Below are positions 1 to 10,757 of a stretch of 64,000 nucleotides of DNA, one piece after another. A program made the translations under genes and the position numbers. The DNA is from Clostridia bacterium (GTDB lineage: Bacteria > Bacillota > Clostridia > Oscillospirales > CAG-272). The stretch's first letter is position 1, and each line of letters opens with the position of its first letter. Below the pieces are notes generated by a model. It was given only the letters and a program-made list of their open reading frames with translations, made no database searches and was not told the origin of the DNA. The stretch is taken from positions 142,296-206,295 of the forward strand of contig JAGBEE010000020.1 in the NCBI GenBank assembly GCA_017937135.1. Direction: 5' to 3'.

Positions 1-693
1 AAATTCAAGTGAGCAAAGTGAGTGTGTAATACCCTCTATAGCATCTTGAATAGGATGTGCATAATCATACAATGGATAAATACACCATTTATCACCCTGG
101 CGATGATGATGAGCTCTTAATATTCTATAAATAGCAGGGTCTCTCATATTGATGTTTGGCGATGACATATCAATTTTAGCGCGAAGGGTTTTTGCTCCAT
201 CAGCAAATTCACCGTTTTTCATTCTTTCAAAAAGATCAAGGTTTTCTTCAACGCTTCTATTTCTGTACGGACTCTCCTTGCCTGGCTCGGTAAGAGTACC
301 CCTGTATTCCTTCATCTCCTCTGCAGAAAGATCGCACACATATGCCTTGCCTTCTTTAATTAGCTTTACTGCATACTCATAGCACTTGTCAAAATAGTCA
401 GAGCCATAGAAAATACCACCTGTAGGAACTGCACCAAGCCATGTTAAATCCTCTAAAATACTCTCAACATATTCCGTGTCCTCTTTTGAAGGATTAGTGT
501 CATCGTATCTTAAATTAAAAGTTCCACCATACTTTTTGGCAGTTTGTGAGTTTATCCAAATTGCCTTAGCACTACCAATATGAAGATAGCCATTTGGCTC
601 GGGCGGAAAGCGTGTGTGTATTTTTCTTGAAAAGCCATTTGCAATATCTTCATCAATTATATCATGTATAAAATTTGAATTAATTTCTTCCAT
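1..693 (-). CDS. glnS: glutaminyl-tRNA synthetase, N-terminal part (rest of the gene lies beyond the window start)
   Basis: Absent from the ORF track because it runs off the window. Hand translation of the minus strand from ATG 693..691 gives [45 protein letters not shown]...[21 protein letters not shown], the GlnRS signature blocks. AAGAGG SD 5 nt upstream overlaps the gltX stop. Confidence 0.9.
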   Translation of the reverse strand, partial: MEEINSNFIHDIIDEDIANGFSRKIHTRFPPEPNGYLHIGSAKAIWINSQTAKKYGGTFNLRYDDTNPSKEDTEYVESILEDLTWLGAVPTGGIFYGSDYFDKCYEYAVKLIKEGKAYVCDLSAEEMKEYRGTLTEPGKESPYRNRSVEENLDLFERMKNGEFADGAKTLRAKIDMSSPNINMRDPAIYRILRAHHHRQGDKWCIYPLYDYAHPIQDAIEGITHSLCSLEF

Positions 694-702
694 AACAACC
701 TC

Positions 703-2349
703 TTATAATGATTTTATCATTTCATTAACACGTTTAATCACTGTTTCATATCCCAAAATTTGCATTACAGAATACATATCTGGTGAATTAAGCTTGCCAG
801 TTACTGCAAGTCTAATAAACATACTGATATCAGAAACATTTCCTTTATAAGCCTCGGGATTTTGCTTGTAAGCGCGCATATCTGATGCGTATCCAAGCAT
901 GTCAGCAATATCCTTAATTTTTTCAAACCAAGTATTCGAATCGTCAGCTATATCAAATACCTTTGTAAACTCCTGAAGAGTAATCTTTATATCATTCTTC
1001 GAGAATTTATCGGAATACTCGTCCTGCACCTTGAAAAGCTCATCGTAGAACAAATCTACATAGCTTCTAACCTCACTCCAAAGTGCAATATCCTTTCTTG
1101 GATTTTTTCCACCTCTGCCTATGGAGAATATTGCCTTTGTATATTCTGGGTTTCTAGTTAATGCTGAATATAACTCCTTGTCATATTCGCCAGCCCATTC
1201 GGTTGAACCGTTATAAACGTCCTCAGCACTCATACGAGAAATTACATTTTTAGAAACATCAAGCAGCTTTGCTCCATCGAAAAGTGAGCCTGCGGGATTC
1301 ATTTTCTTATATGAGAACTTGAACTCTTCAGTTGAAGCGGTTGGGTTAGCTCTTCTCCAATCCTCGTAATTTGAATTAAGTATTGTCAAAATATACTCAT
1401 AAAGAGATTGAGCGGGATATCCCTCTTGCTTGTAATACGAAAGAGCAAGCTCTGGATCCTTTCTTTTTGAGAGCTTGCGCTTTGATTCTCCATCCATTTT
1501 CATTAAAGGTCCAATGTGTAAATACTTTGGAAGCCTAAAGCCAAGCGCTGAGAAAAGCTGAATATGGAATGGCAAGGTTGAAAGCCATTCATCACCTCTT
1601 ACAACGTGAGTTGTACGCATAAGATGATCATCTACTGCGTGTGCAAAATGGTACGTTGGAATTCCATCGGATTTTAAGAGAACATGGTCAATATCATTCT
1701 CTGTAACCTCTAAATTGCCTTTAATGTAGTCAGTGAACTTTATTTTGTTCTCTATAGAACCAGTTGAACGGAATCTTAGAACCCAAGGTTTACCAGCTTT
1801 TAATTCGGTTTCGATTTCCTCGTTGGTTCTATCGCGCCATTTTGCCCATTTTCCGTAATAACCAAAGTTTTCCTTAAGCTTTTCTTGCTGCTCGTGCATT
1901 TCTGCAAGCTCGTCCTCTGTACAAAAGCAGGGGTATGCCTTTCCTTCCTTAACAAGCCTTTTAGCATAAACATGATATATATCTTTTCTTTGTCTTTGAC
2001 GATAAGGTGCATAAATACCATTATCACCCTCTATGGTTGCACCTTCATCGAAATTGATATTATAGTACTTTAGCGTATCAATAAGAATTTCCACAGCTCC
2101 TGCAACCTCGCGCTTTTGGTCTGTGTCCTCTACTCTTAAAAATAGTGTTCCTCCAGATTGATGGCAAAGGCGCTCAGATGTAATACCTTGAACAAGGTTT
2201 CCAAGATGAACAAACCCAGTAGGACTAGGAGCCATTCTTGAAACGATTGCTCCTTCCTTTAAATTTCTTACAGGATATTTTGCTTCAAGCTCCTCTTCTG
2301 TCATTGTTACATTAGGAAAAAGTAATTCGGCAATATAATTAAAATCCAT
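703..2349 (-). CDS. gltX: glutamyl-tRNA synthetase (548 aa from ATG 2349; ORF extends to 2361)
   Basis: APSPTGFVHLGNL (HIGH region), KLSKRK (KMSKS), PTYHFAHAVDDH block. GAGGT SD sits between the two candidate ATGs, favouring 2349. Confidence 0.93.
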   Translation of the reverse strand: MDFNYIAELLFPNVTMTEEELEAKYPVRNLKEGAIVSRMAPSPTGFVHLGNLVQGITSERLCHQSGGTLFLRVEDTDQKREVAGAVEILIDTLKYYNINFDEGATIEGDNGIYAPYRQRQRKDIYHVYAKRLVKEGKAYPCFCTEDELAEMHEQQEKLKENFGYYGKWAKWRDRTNEEIETELKAGKPWVLRFRSTGSIENKIKFTDYIKGNLEVTENDIDHVLLKSDGIPTYHFAHAVDDHLMRTTHVVRGDEWLSTLPFHIQLFSALGFRLPKYLHIGPLMKMDGESKRKLSKRKDPELALSYYKQEGYPAQSLYEYILTILNSNYEDWRRANPTASTEEFKFSYKKMNPAGSLFDGAKLLDVSKNVISRMSAEDVYNGSTEWAGEYDKELYSALTRNPEYTKAIFSIGRGGKNPRKDIALWSEVRSYVDLFYDELFKVQDEYSDKFSKNDIKITLQEFTKVFDIADDSNTWFEKIKDIADMLGYASDMRAYKQNPEAYKGNVSDISMFIRLAVTGKLNSPDMYSVMQILGYETVIKRVNEMIKSL

Positions 2350-2491
2350 ATTATACCTCATAAAACATATATTTAAAATATTATAACACGCAAAAAAGAA
2401 ATTGTCTATATTTTTGAAAAATAATTTTTATTATTTTTGTTTATATTATAATTTTGCCAACCAAGTGTCGATAATTTTAATTTTTAAAAGC

Positions 2492-2525
2492 AAAAAAACA
2501 GCAATTGTTGAATTGCTGTTTTTTA
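2492..2525. terminator. rho-independent terminator ending the glg operon (bidirectional in form)
   Basis: 9-bp stem acagcaatt/aattgctgt (2498-2519), loop gttg, flanked by an A-run and a T-run, directly after the GH13 stop at 2529. Confidence 0.8.
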
Positions 2526-2528
2526 TCA

Positions 2529-4421
2529 TTATTTAAAAAACTCTATTTCAAAGTAGTCAATATTTGAGTTGCTTTTTAAAATATATGAGCTTTTAGGAGC
2601 TATAGTCGTAATTGTTCTTGAGGTTTCATAATTTTTTAGACTAACATTTGAATCTATATAAAATTTTTCATCACTTCTATTTATTACTGTCAAAACGAAG
2701 CCATTATCGTTATATCTTGCAAAGGACAAAACATCCTTATTACACTCTATCATTTTAAAATATCCATCTTTATAAAGAGGTTCTTTCCTTCTTATTGATC
2801 CTATTTTTTTATAAAAATCAACAAGCTCCTTGTTTTCTTTTCCCCACGGAAAAGGTAAACGGTTAAATGGATCTCTGTAGCCCTGCATACCTGCCTCGTC
2901 ACCGTAATAAATACAAGGAATACCCGGTACTGTTGCAATAATTGTATAAGCAAGCTTTAATAAACAAATTGCATTTTTTATTTCGTTTTTGCTCATTTTT
3001 TTAGTGGAAAGCTCTTTGTTTGTATAGCCCTGTCCGCTTTCTCCACCAAGAACTGTTAAAATACGTTCTGTGTCATGAGTTCCAAGTAAATTCATAAGCA
3101 AATCCGAATTATGCTTAGGATAGTGAGAATGTAGCATCTTGCAGGTTGAATAAAAGCGCTCAAAATTTCCGCATTTTATATAATCTATTATAGCATCTCT
3201 CAATGGATAATTCATTACTGAGTCAAGCTCATTACCAAGGAAATATTTTTTTCTCTTATCATATGCGATTTTGTTGGAAGCATCCTCCCAAACCTCACCA
3301 TATACAACTCCGTTTGGATTTATTGACTTTACCTTTTGATTAAGTCTCTTTAAAAAATCATCACTTAACTCATCGGCAACATCAAGTCTAAAGCCATCTA
3401 TTCCCTTTTTCATCCATTTTTCAACAACTCCACCATCACCCAAAATAAAATCTTGATAGCTTTTATTGTTGCTATTTACTCTCGGTAATATTTTTACATC
3501 CCACCAACACTCATAATTGTCCGGAAATTCTCTAAAATTGTACCATTCATAATATGGAGATTTTTTCGACTGATAAGCGCCTATCGAATCATAGTTTCCA
3601 TCCTTATTAAAATATATACTATGTGAGCCGGTATGATTAAACACTCCGTCAAAAATTATATGCATATCGCGCTTTTTAGCTTCTTTTATTAGAAGATCGA
3701 GCGCTTTTTCAGAGCCAAACATGGAATCGATAGACATGTAATCAGCTGTATCGTATTTATGGTTAGAATAAGCATCAAAGATAGGACATAAATAAAGACA
3801 ATTTACTCCTAAATCTTTTATATAATCAAGCTTTTCAACAACACCATATAAATCTCCGCCAAAAAACATATTGTTTTCAACGTAACCACCGGGCACATCT
3901 GCAAATTGCGGGATACCATTGTACCAGTCATCATTCATTATAGCGTATTTTTTAGGTTTGCATTTGCCACTTTTATTAAATCTATCTACAAATATTTGAT
4001 ACATTATTCCACCGTGCATCCATTTTGCACAGTTACTTTTTTCATTAAATATTAGTAGCTGTATAAGTCCGTTTGAATCATTTTCTATTATTGATAGCTC
4101 ACCCAATCTATATCCATCACCCAAATAGAACGTTTTTTCGGCAGAAACCTGATATTTATAGTAATACAAGCCTACTCCTATTTGTGCCATATCTATTGTG
4201 CATGAATACAAATCATAAGCACCATCAATACCGGTCCATACAAAATCAAATTTTTGGTATTTATGGTTTTCGATGCCTTCACCAAAAAGATGCATGCTAA
4301 CATTGGTAGCACCGCATCTTCTCGGTATCATAAGGCTAAAATCTACTGTTTTATCAAATGAAAAAGCTCCAAACGAAGAGAAATTTTTACTATTTATATA
4401 TTTCTTTTCGTAAAAAATCAT
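2529..4421 (-). CDS. GH13 alpha-glucan hydrolase (neopullulanase/cyclomaltodextrinase-like)
   Basis: The four GH13 conserved regions are present: DGVFNHTG, GFRLDVADE, EVWE, LLGTHDTER. Starts 3 nt after the glgP stop. Confidence 0.85.
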   Translation of the reverse strand: MIFYEKKYINSKNFSSFGAFSFDKTVDFSLMIPRRCGATNVSMHLFGEGIENHKYQKFDFVWTGIDGAYDLYSCTIDMAQIGVGLYYYKYQVSAEKTFYLGDGYRLGELSIIENDSNGLIQLLIFNEKSNCAKWMHGGIMYQIFVDRFNKSGKCKPKKYAIMNDDWYNGIPQFADVPGGYVENNMFFGGDLYGVVEKLDYIKDLGVNCLYLCPIFDAYSNHKYDTADYMSIDSMFGSEKALDLLIKEAKKRDMHIIFDGVFNHTGSHSIYFNKDGNYDSIGAYQSKKSPYYEWYNFREFPDNYECWWDVKILPRVNSNNKSYQDFILGDGGVVEKWMKKGIDGFRLDVADELSDDFLKRLNQKVKSINPNGVVYGEVWEDASNKIAYDKRKKYFLGNELDSVMNYPLRDAIIDYIKCGNFERFYSTCKMLHSHYPKHNSDLLMNLLGTHDTERILTVLGGESGQGYTNKELSTKKMSKNEIKNAICLLKLAYTIIATVPGIPCIYYGDEAGMQGYRDPFNRLPFPWGKENKELVDFYKKIGSIRRKEPLYKDGYFKMIECNKDVLSFARYNDNGFVLTVINRSDEKFYIDSNVSLKNYETSRTITTIAPKSSYILKSNSNIDYFEIEFFK

Positions 4422-4424
4422 TTG

Positions 4425-6848
4425 TTATTTTACACTTGTTAAATGCCAAATTTTATCTGAGTATTCCTTTATACTTCTGTCAGCAGCAAAGAAACCAGAT
4501 TTTGCAATATTAACAAGAGACATTTTACCCCATTGTTCCTTATTGTTATATGCTTTTATGATTTCCTCAGATTTAATATAATATGAATCGAAGTCAGCAA
4601 GGCACATATATGGGTCTGCAACTCCTCCAAATCCACCTATAAGATAGTTTGCTATATTTGCAAAGGAAACGCCATTAAAGCCCTTATTTAAACGGTCAAC
4701 AGCCTTTTTAATGCGTACACTGTTGTTGTAGAAGTCGATAGAACGATAGCCCTTTTCCCAAAGCTCATCTACTTCTTTGGCAGTAAGACCAAAGATATAG
4801 ATATTCTCATCTCCAACTGCTTCCTTCATTTCAACGTTTGCACCATCAAGTGTACCTATTGTAAGTGCTCCGTTCATCATAAACTTCATACATCCAGTAC
4901 CACTTGCCTCTTTTCCTGCGAGAGAAATTTGTTCACTAATTTCAGAAGCAGGCATAAGAACCTCAGCTGTGCTAACATTGTAATCCTCGAGATATACCAC
5001 GGAAAGCTTATCCTTAACCTTTGGATTTTTTCTTATATCTTCTCCAAGATTCCATATAAGCTTAATAATATCCTTTGCCATGTAATATCCAGGCGCTGCC
5101 TTACCTCCGAAAATAAACGTTCTCTTTGTAAATTCTCTTTCTGGGTGCTCCTCAATATCAACATAATAACAAATAATTTTAAGTGCGTTAAGAAGCTGAC
5201 GCTTGTATTCATGCATTCTCTTTACCTGCACATCAAACACTGATGATGTATCAAGTGAATAACCTGTCTTATTGAATACAAATTTAGAAAGCTTAACCTT
5301 GTTGTTTTCTTTTATTTCATGAAGTCTCTTGGTTACTGTATCGTCTCCAACATATTTCATCAAATTCTCAAGCTCACAGGGATTAGTTATAAATCCATCA
5401 CCAATACAATCAGTAATTAAGCTTGAAAGCTCAGGATTTGAATAGCATAACCATCTTCTATGAGCGATACCATTAGTTACATTTGTAAATTTTTGTGGAT
5501 CTTTTTTATAGAAGTCATGAAAAACAGTCTTTTTTAAAATATTTGAGTGAAGCTCAGATACACCATTTACAGTATGAGAAGCCACAACGCTCAAATTTGC
5601 CATTCTAACTTGAGAATAACCAATAATAGCCATCTTGGAAATTCTATCCCAGTCTCCAGGATATGCTTCCCAGAGATTTTCGCAGAAACGGCGATTGATT
5701 TCTTTAACTATAGAATGGATTCTTGGTAGCTTAAAGCTAAATAAATCCTCGTTCCAGCATTCAAGTGCCTCTGGCATAACTGTATGGTTTGTATATGATA
5801 CAGTTTTAGTTACAATATACCACGCATCATCCCATGTATAGTTATAAACATCCATCAAAATTCTCATAAGCTCCGGAACACAAAGTGCGGGATGAGTATC
5901 ATTGATGTGAATAGCAACTTTATCTGCGAAGCCATTCATAGAGCCATATGCAGCAATATGGTCGCTTATAATGCTCTGTAATGAAGCTGAAACTAAGAAA
6001 TATTGCTGACTAAGACGAAGAAGTTTACCCTCTGTATGCTCATCTGATGGATAAAGAACCTTTGATATTACCTCTGCATTAGTTGTTTGCTGTATTGCTT
6101 TAACATATTGTCCCTGTGAGAAAAGATTCATATTAAAGTTGGTTACATCGTGAGCCTTCCATAAACGAAGTCTGTTTACAGCATCATCTGCGCCAGAAAT
6201 CATCATATCATAAGGAACAGCCTCTACCTCTTCGTAATTCTCATATTTAACTACGAGCTTATTATTTTCCCACTCTTCTTTTATATGTCCACCAAAACGA
6301 ACTGTAAATTTCTTATCAGTTCTTGGAACCAACCATGATTCTCCACCAGGAAGCCAAGTGTCAGGAAGTTCTACTTGATTACCATCAATGATTTTTTGTT
6401 TAAAAAGGCCATATTCATAAAGTATGGAAAAACCATCACCAGGATAGTTTAGTGATGTAAGTGAATCCATAAAGCATGCTGCTAAGCGTCCAAGGCCACC
6501 ATTTCCAAGTCCTGGGTCTGGCTCCATTTCATATATCTCATTGATATCAAAGCCAAATTCCTTAAGCGCATCCGAATAAAAATCAGCAAGCCCAAGATTG
6601 CGAAGGTTGTTCTTAAGAGATCTACCTATTAAAAATTCCATACAAAGATAGTAAATCTTTTTAGCCTTAGCCTTTTTCACCTTATGCTTAAATGTTGATC
6701 TTTTTTGTGTAAGTATGTCCTTTACTGTAAGAATTGTCGCTTTATAGATCTGTTCTTTATTTGCGTCTTCAGGATTAACGCCAAAATATCTTGATAGCTT
6801 TAGCGCCAACGCTTCTCTTACAGATTCTTTTGTAAAATTATCGTTCAT
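4425..6848 (-). CDS. glgP: glycogen/maltodextrin phosphorylase (GT35)
   Basis: 807 aa with the PLP-lysine block EASGTGCMKFMMNGALTIGTLDGANVE and typical GT35 length. Confidence 0.95.
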   Translation of the reverse strand: MNDNFTKESVREALALKLSRYFGVNPEDANKEQIYKATILTVKDILTQKRSTFKHKVKKAKAKKIYYLCMEFLIGRSLKNNLRNLGLADFYSDALKEFGFDINEIYEMEPDPGLGNGGLGRLAACFMDSLTSLNYPGDGFSILYEYGLFKQKIIDGNQVELPDTWLPGGESWLVPRTDKKFTVRFGGHIKEEWENNKLVVKYENYEEVEAVPYDMMISGADDAVNRLRLWKAHDVTNFNMNLFSQGQYVKAIQQTTNAEVISKVLYPSDEHTEGKLLRLSQQYFLVSASLQSIISDHIAAYGSMNGFADKVAIHINDTHPALCVPELMRILMDVYNYTWDDAWYIVTKTVSYTNHTVMPEALECWNEDLFSFKLPRIHSIVKEINRRFCENLWEAYPGDWDRISKMAIIGYSQVRMANLSVVASHTVNGVSELHSNILKKTVFHDFYKKDPQKFTNVTNGIAHRRWLCYSNPELSSLITDCIGDGFITNPCELENLMKYVGDDTVTKRLHEIKENNKVKLSKFVFNKTGYSLDTSSVFDVQVKRMHEYKRQLLNALKIICYYVDIEEHPEREFTKRTFIFGGKAAPGYYMAKDIIKLIWNLGEDIRKNPKVKDKLSVVYLEDYNVSTAEVLMPASEISEQISLAGKEASGTGCMKFMMNGALTIGTLDGANVEMKEAVGDENIYIFGLTAKEVDELWEKGYRSIDFYNNSVRIKKAVDRLNKGFNGVSFANIANYLIGGFGGVADPYMCLADFDSYYIKSEEIIKAYNNKEQWGKMSLVNIAKSGFFAADRSIKEYSDKIWHLTSVK

Positions 6849-6911
6849 TGGTTTTTACTCCTTTTGATTAAATACAACAGCAATTTACATTTTTTGCCGT
6901 TTTATCAACAA

Positions 6912-6940
6912 GCTGTCCCGTAAGTGCCTTACGGGACAGC
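6912..6940 (-). other. perfect 13-bp hairpin between glgA and glgP (possible attenuator or RNA-stability element)
   Basis: gctgtcccgtaag tgc cttacgggacagc. It lies 5 nt downstream of the glgA stop; only a weak U-tract follows on the minus strand. Confidence 0.6.
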
Positions 6941-6944
6941 ACGT

Positions 6945-8381
6945 TTATTTGTTTGCTATACTCCTATACAAATCAAGATATTTCTTGGCAGAAACATTCC
7001 AAGAAAAATCCGTTTCCATAACTGTTGTTGTTAAAGCTAACCATTTTTCCTTATCTTTAAAAAGTTTAACAGCGCGCTCAATGGCATCTTTCATTTCGTG
7101 TGCGTTATAATTTGTAAAGGTAAATCCGTTTCCTTCTCCATTATAAATATTATATGGCTTTATAGTATCATAAAGTCCACCAGTCTCTCTAACTACAGGC
7201 ACAGCCCCATATCTTGATGATATCATTTGTGAAAGACCACATGGCTCACTCTTAGATGGCATTAAAAAGATATCCGAGCCTGCATAGATTTTCTTAGATA
7301 AATCTTTGTTGAACTCTAGAAAAACCTTAACCTGATCGGGGTACTGATTTTGAATAGCTTTGAAATATTCCTCAAGCTCATATTCACCCGTTCCAAGAAG
7401 CACAAATTGAACTCCAAGTTCAAGGATTTCTGGCAAAATATATTTAACAAGATCAAAGCCCTTATGCGAAGCAAGCCTTGAAATCATTGAAACTACAGGA
7501 ATATCAGGATTCATTTCAAGACCACACATTTCTTGAAGCGTTTTTTTGCACTCGCATTTTCCTTCTATTCTCTTTGAATCAAATTTTTTTGCTATAACGG
7601 TGTCGTTTGCGGGATTATAATAATCTACATCTATACCATTAACAATTCCTGTAAGCTTTTCACTATATTGATGTAAAATATAATGCAAGCCACTTGAATA
7701 AAATTCTGTTTGAATTTCATCAGCATATTTTTGGCTAACTGTAGAAATCATATCTGTGCACACTAATGCACCCTTAGTAAGGTTGATATTTCCATTATAT
7801 TCAACTATGCTACGATCTCCAAAGCAATCAAGTCCAAAAACATCGCCTAAGATTGACATAGAATAAATACCTTGGTAATCTATATTATGGATAGTATATA
7901 TGGTTTTTATGTCCTGATAATAGTGATTCATATGATATTTTCTCTTTAAATAAATCACTGATGTAGCGCTCTGCCAGTCATTTGCATTTAAAATATCAGG
8001 ATAAAAATCAATAATCGGCATTATATCAAGAACTGCTTTTCCAAAGAAAGCAAATCTTTCTGCATCATCAAAATCTCCATAAATAGTATTTCTCTTAAAA
8101 TAATATTCATTATCAAGGAAATAATATGTTACTCCGCCTCTTTCGCATTTGAAAATACCACAATATTGATTTCTCCATGCAAGTCCTACCGTGGTATTAC
8201 CCACGTATTCAAGTTCGTTTGCAAAATTTTCCTTTATTTTCTTATAAAGAGGTAATACAACACGAACATCAGCACTTGGATCAGATGCAGATATAGCCTG
8301 TGGAAGTGAACCGAGAACATCGCCAAGTCCACCAGTTGAAATAAAAGGAATAGCCTCGGCACCTACAAATAATATTTTCAT
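6945..8381 (-). CDS. glgA: glycogen synthase (ADP-glucose type)
   Basis: MKILFVGAEAIPFISTGGLGDV (KTGGL motif), 478 aa, located in the glg operon. Confidence 0.95.
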   Translation of the reverse strand: MKILFVGAEAIPFISTGGLGDVLGSLPQAISASDPSADVRVVLPLYKKIKENFANELEYVGNTTVGLAWRNQYCGIFKCERGGVTYYFLDNEYYFKRNTIYGDFDDAERFAFFGKAVLDIMPIIDFYPDILNANDWQSATSVIYLKRKYHMNHYYQDIKTIYTIHNIDYQGIYSMSILGDVFGLDCFGDRSIVEYNGNINLTKGALVCTDMISTVSQKYADEIQTEFYSSGLHYILHQYSEKLTGIVNGIDVDYYNPANDTVIAKKFDSKRIEGKCECKKTLQEMCGLEMNPDIPVVSMISRLASHKGFDLVKYILPEILELGVQFVLLGTGEYELEEYFKAIQNQYPDQVKVFLEFNKDLSKKIYAGSDIFLMPSKSEPCGLSQMISSRYGAVPVVRETGGLYDTIKPYNIYNGEGNGFTFTNYNAHEMKDAIERAVKLFKDKEKWLALTTTVMETDFSWNVSAKKYLDLYRSIANK

Positions 8382-8391
8382 ATTCTGCTCC

Positions 8392-9525
8392 TTAAATCAT
8401 CTTTCCTTTAGATAAATAGAAAGGTAGGGTTTCATCACCTGAAAGATTCTTGTTATCTCTTATAACTACGTTTTTATCTGCAATTACACAGTTGAGCTTA
8501 ACATTTTCACCTGTATATGTATCTTGGAAAAGAATACAGTTTTTAACTACTGAGCCCTTTCCTATTTTAGTACCACGGAATATAATTGAGTTTTCAACCT
8601 CTCCAAAAATCTCACATCCATCTGCTATCAAAGAATTTTTCACCTTCGCCTCAGGGCTGTAATATGTTGGAGCTGAGTTTCTTACCTTTGTATACACAGG
8701 TCTGTTTTTAATACCAAATAATTGGTTTCTAACCTCTCTATCATTGATGAGCTCCATGCTTGATGTATAATAATCTTGAGAAGAATTAATACAAGCGAAA
8801 TATCCATCATATCTATATGTACGATAAACCTTTCTGCCTATATTACGCAAAATAATGTCTCTTGTAAGACTTGTGTAGTTATGAGCAATTGAATCAAGAA
8901 CAACCTCTTGCAAATATTGTCTTGTCATTACCATAATATTCAAATTTATGTCTGCTTCTCCTTCAAATGATGTTGGATATGCTTGAACATCAGTAATTTT
9001 ACCATCTTCATCGGAATCAACCAATACATTGATTTTCGCCTTTGCCTTGTTAAGATAAACTTTCTTAACAGCCATTGTCAAATCTGCATTGTTATCTATA
9101 TGGTTCTTTATCATATCATTTAAATCAATATTACATATAACATCACAGTCAGAAAGAACAACATAATCGTCTGTTATCTTGCTAATTGAATAGTTTACAC
9201 TCTTAAGCGCTTCCAAACGTGTTGTATAAAGAGAGTTGACATTATTTGCATATGCTGTTATGAATGGAGGAAGTATTTTTATACCTCCAGATCTTCTTGC
9301 CAAATCCCAGTCCTTACCAGAACCAATATGGTCCATGAGAGACTGATAGTTATAGTGAGTAACAACACTAACATTGCTAATATTCGAGTTTACCATATTT
9401 GAAAGTGCAAAATCTATAAGTCTGTATCTGCATCCAAATGGAACAGATGCCATTGTTCTATTTCTTGTAAGCTCGGGTATATTGTTATCATGTATATTAG
9501 AAAAAATTATTCCTGCTGCTGACAT
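8392..9525 (-). CDS. glgD: glucose-1-phosphate adenylyltransferase regulatory subunit GlgD
   Basis: Paralogue of the adjacent GlgC with the left-handed beta-helix C-terminus but a degenerate N-terminal GGxGxR loop. Position matches glgC-glgD of Firmicutes. Confidence 0.85.
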   Translation of the reverse strand: MSAAGIIFSNIHDNNIPELTRNRTMASVPFGCRYRLIDFALSNMVNSNISNVSVVTHYNYQSLMDHIGSGKDWDLARRSGGIKILPPFITAYANNVNSLYTTRLEALKSVNYSISKITDDYVVLSDCDVICNIDLNDMIKNHIDNNADLTMAVKKVYLNKAKAKINVLVDSDEDGKITDVQAYPTSFEGEADINLNIMVMTRQYLQEVVLDSIAHNYTSLTRDIILRNIGRKVYRTYRYDGYFACINSSQDYYTSSMELINDREVRNQLFGIKNRPVYTKVRNSAPTYYSPEAKVKNSLIADGCEIFGEVENSIIFRGTKIGKGSVVKNCILFQDTYTGENVKLNCVIADKNVVIRDNKNLSGDETLPFYLSKGKMI

Positions 9526-9540
9526 AATTATATCCCCCTA

Positions 9541-10755
9541 TCATTTCTCAATGGCACTTACGCCATCTACAGAATCATCATTTATCATTGCATCAGACGC
9601 GATTGCAACGCCTTTTTCTACGCAAAGACCACTTCCTATAACCGCTATACCCTTTGCAAGCTCTCTTTCCTCGCCAACCTTGGCATTTTCAGAAATAACG
9701 CTGTCACTATCTATAATTGAGTAGTTAACATTCGCACCCGCTTTTATAACGGTTCCACTCATAATCACAGAATCTTTTACAATAGCACCCTTTTCAACTA
9801 TTACACCACTAGATAAAACACTGTGCTCTACCTTACCTTGAATTTCACATCCCTCAGAAATAATAGAATCAGAAACAGTTGCCTCTTTTCCAATGTAATG
9901 TGGAGGGGCAGCATAGTTGCGTGAAAAAATTCTCCACTTTTTATCATGAACATTGAACTCTGGTTTTTCGCCAAGAAGATCCATGTTAGCTTCCCAAAGG
10001 CTACTTATTGTTCCTACGTCCTTCCAATATCCCTCAAATGGATATGCATATAATTTCATACCATCATTGAGCATATTAGGAATAATATTTTTACCAAAGT
10101 CATTACTTGAACCAGGAGTATTTTCATCGTCTATAAGATATTTTTCTAACACTTTTGTGCTGAATATGTATATACCCATCGATGCTTTTGTGCTGATGGG
10201 ATTTTTTGGCTTTTCTTGGAACTCAGTAATTTTTCTCGTTTCGTCAGTTACCATAATTCCAAATCTGCTTGCTTCAGAAAGTGGAACCTCAAGTACTGCA
10301 ATTGTGCAGTCAGCACCAGTATTCTTATGATCTTGAAGCATAGCATTATAATCCATTTTGTAAATATGGTCACCTGAAAGTATTAAAACATAATCAGGGG
10401 CGTATCTTCTTATAAAATCGAGATTTTGATATATAGCATTTGCTGTACCCTTATACCAGTCTGCACCATTTTTTCCTTGATACGGTGGAAGTACCATAAC
10501 ACCACCACTCATTCTATCAAGATCCCACGGCTGACCGTTTCCAATGTATTCATTGAGAACCAAGGGCTGATATTGTGTAAGAACTCCGACGGTATTTATT
10601 CCAGAGTTTACGCAGTTTGACATTGGAAAATCTATGATTCTGTACTTTCCTCCGAAGGTAACAGCTGGTTTTGCTGTTTTTTCAGTTAAAGCATAAAGTC
10701 TACTTCCTTGACCTCCCGCCAATAACATTGCTACACATTCTTTTTTCTTAAACAT
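9541..10755 (-). CDS. glgC: glucose-1-phosphate adenylyltransferase
   Basis: [21 protein letters not shown] nucleotide-binding loop, 404 aa. Confidence 0.95.
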   Translation of the reverse strand: MFKKKECVAMLLAGGQGSRLYALTEKTAKPAVTFGGKYRIIDFPMSNCVNSGINTVGVLTQYQPLVLNEYIGNGQPWDLDRMSGGVMVLPPYQGKNGADWYKGTANAIYQNLDFIRRYAPDYVLILSGDHIYKMDYNAMLQDHKNTGADCTIAVLEVPLSEASRFGIMVTDETRKITEFQEKPKNPISTKASMGIYIFSTKVLEKYLIDDENTPGSSNDFGKNIIPNMLNDGMKLYAYPFEGYWKDVGTISSLWEANMDLLGEKPEFNVHDKKWRIFSRNYAAPPHYIGKEATVSDSIISEGCEIQGKVEHSVLSSGVIVEKGAIVKDSVIMSGTVIKAGANVNYSIIDSDSVISENAKVGEERELAKGIAVIGSGLCVEKGVAIASDAMINDDSVDGVSAIEK

Positions 10756-10757
10756 TG

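Noticed and set aside
149-850. Plus-strand ORFs at 149-382 and 614-850 from the ORF track.
   Set aside because: They are antisense to the clearly recognisable glnS and gltX coding sequences.
2362-2495. Possible T-box or other leader upstream of gltX.
   Set aside because: Only about 130 nt are available, and they contain no T-box core, specifier stem or terminator. It is an ordinary AT-rich promoter region.
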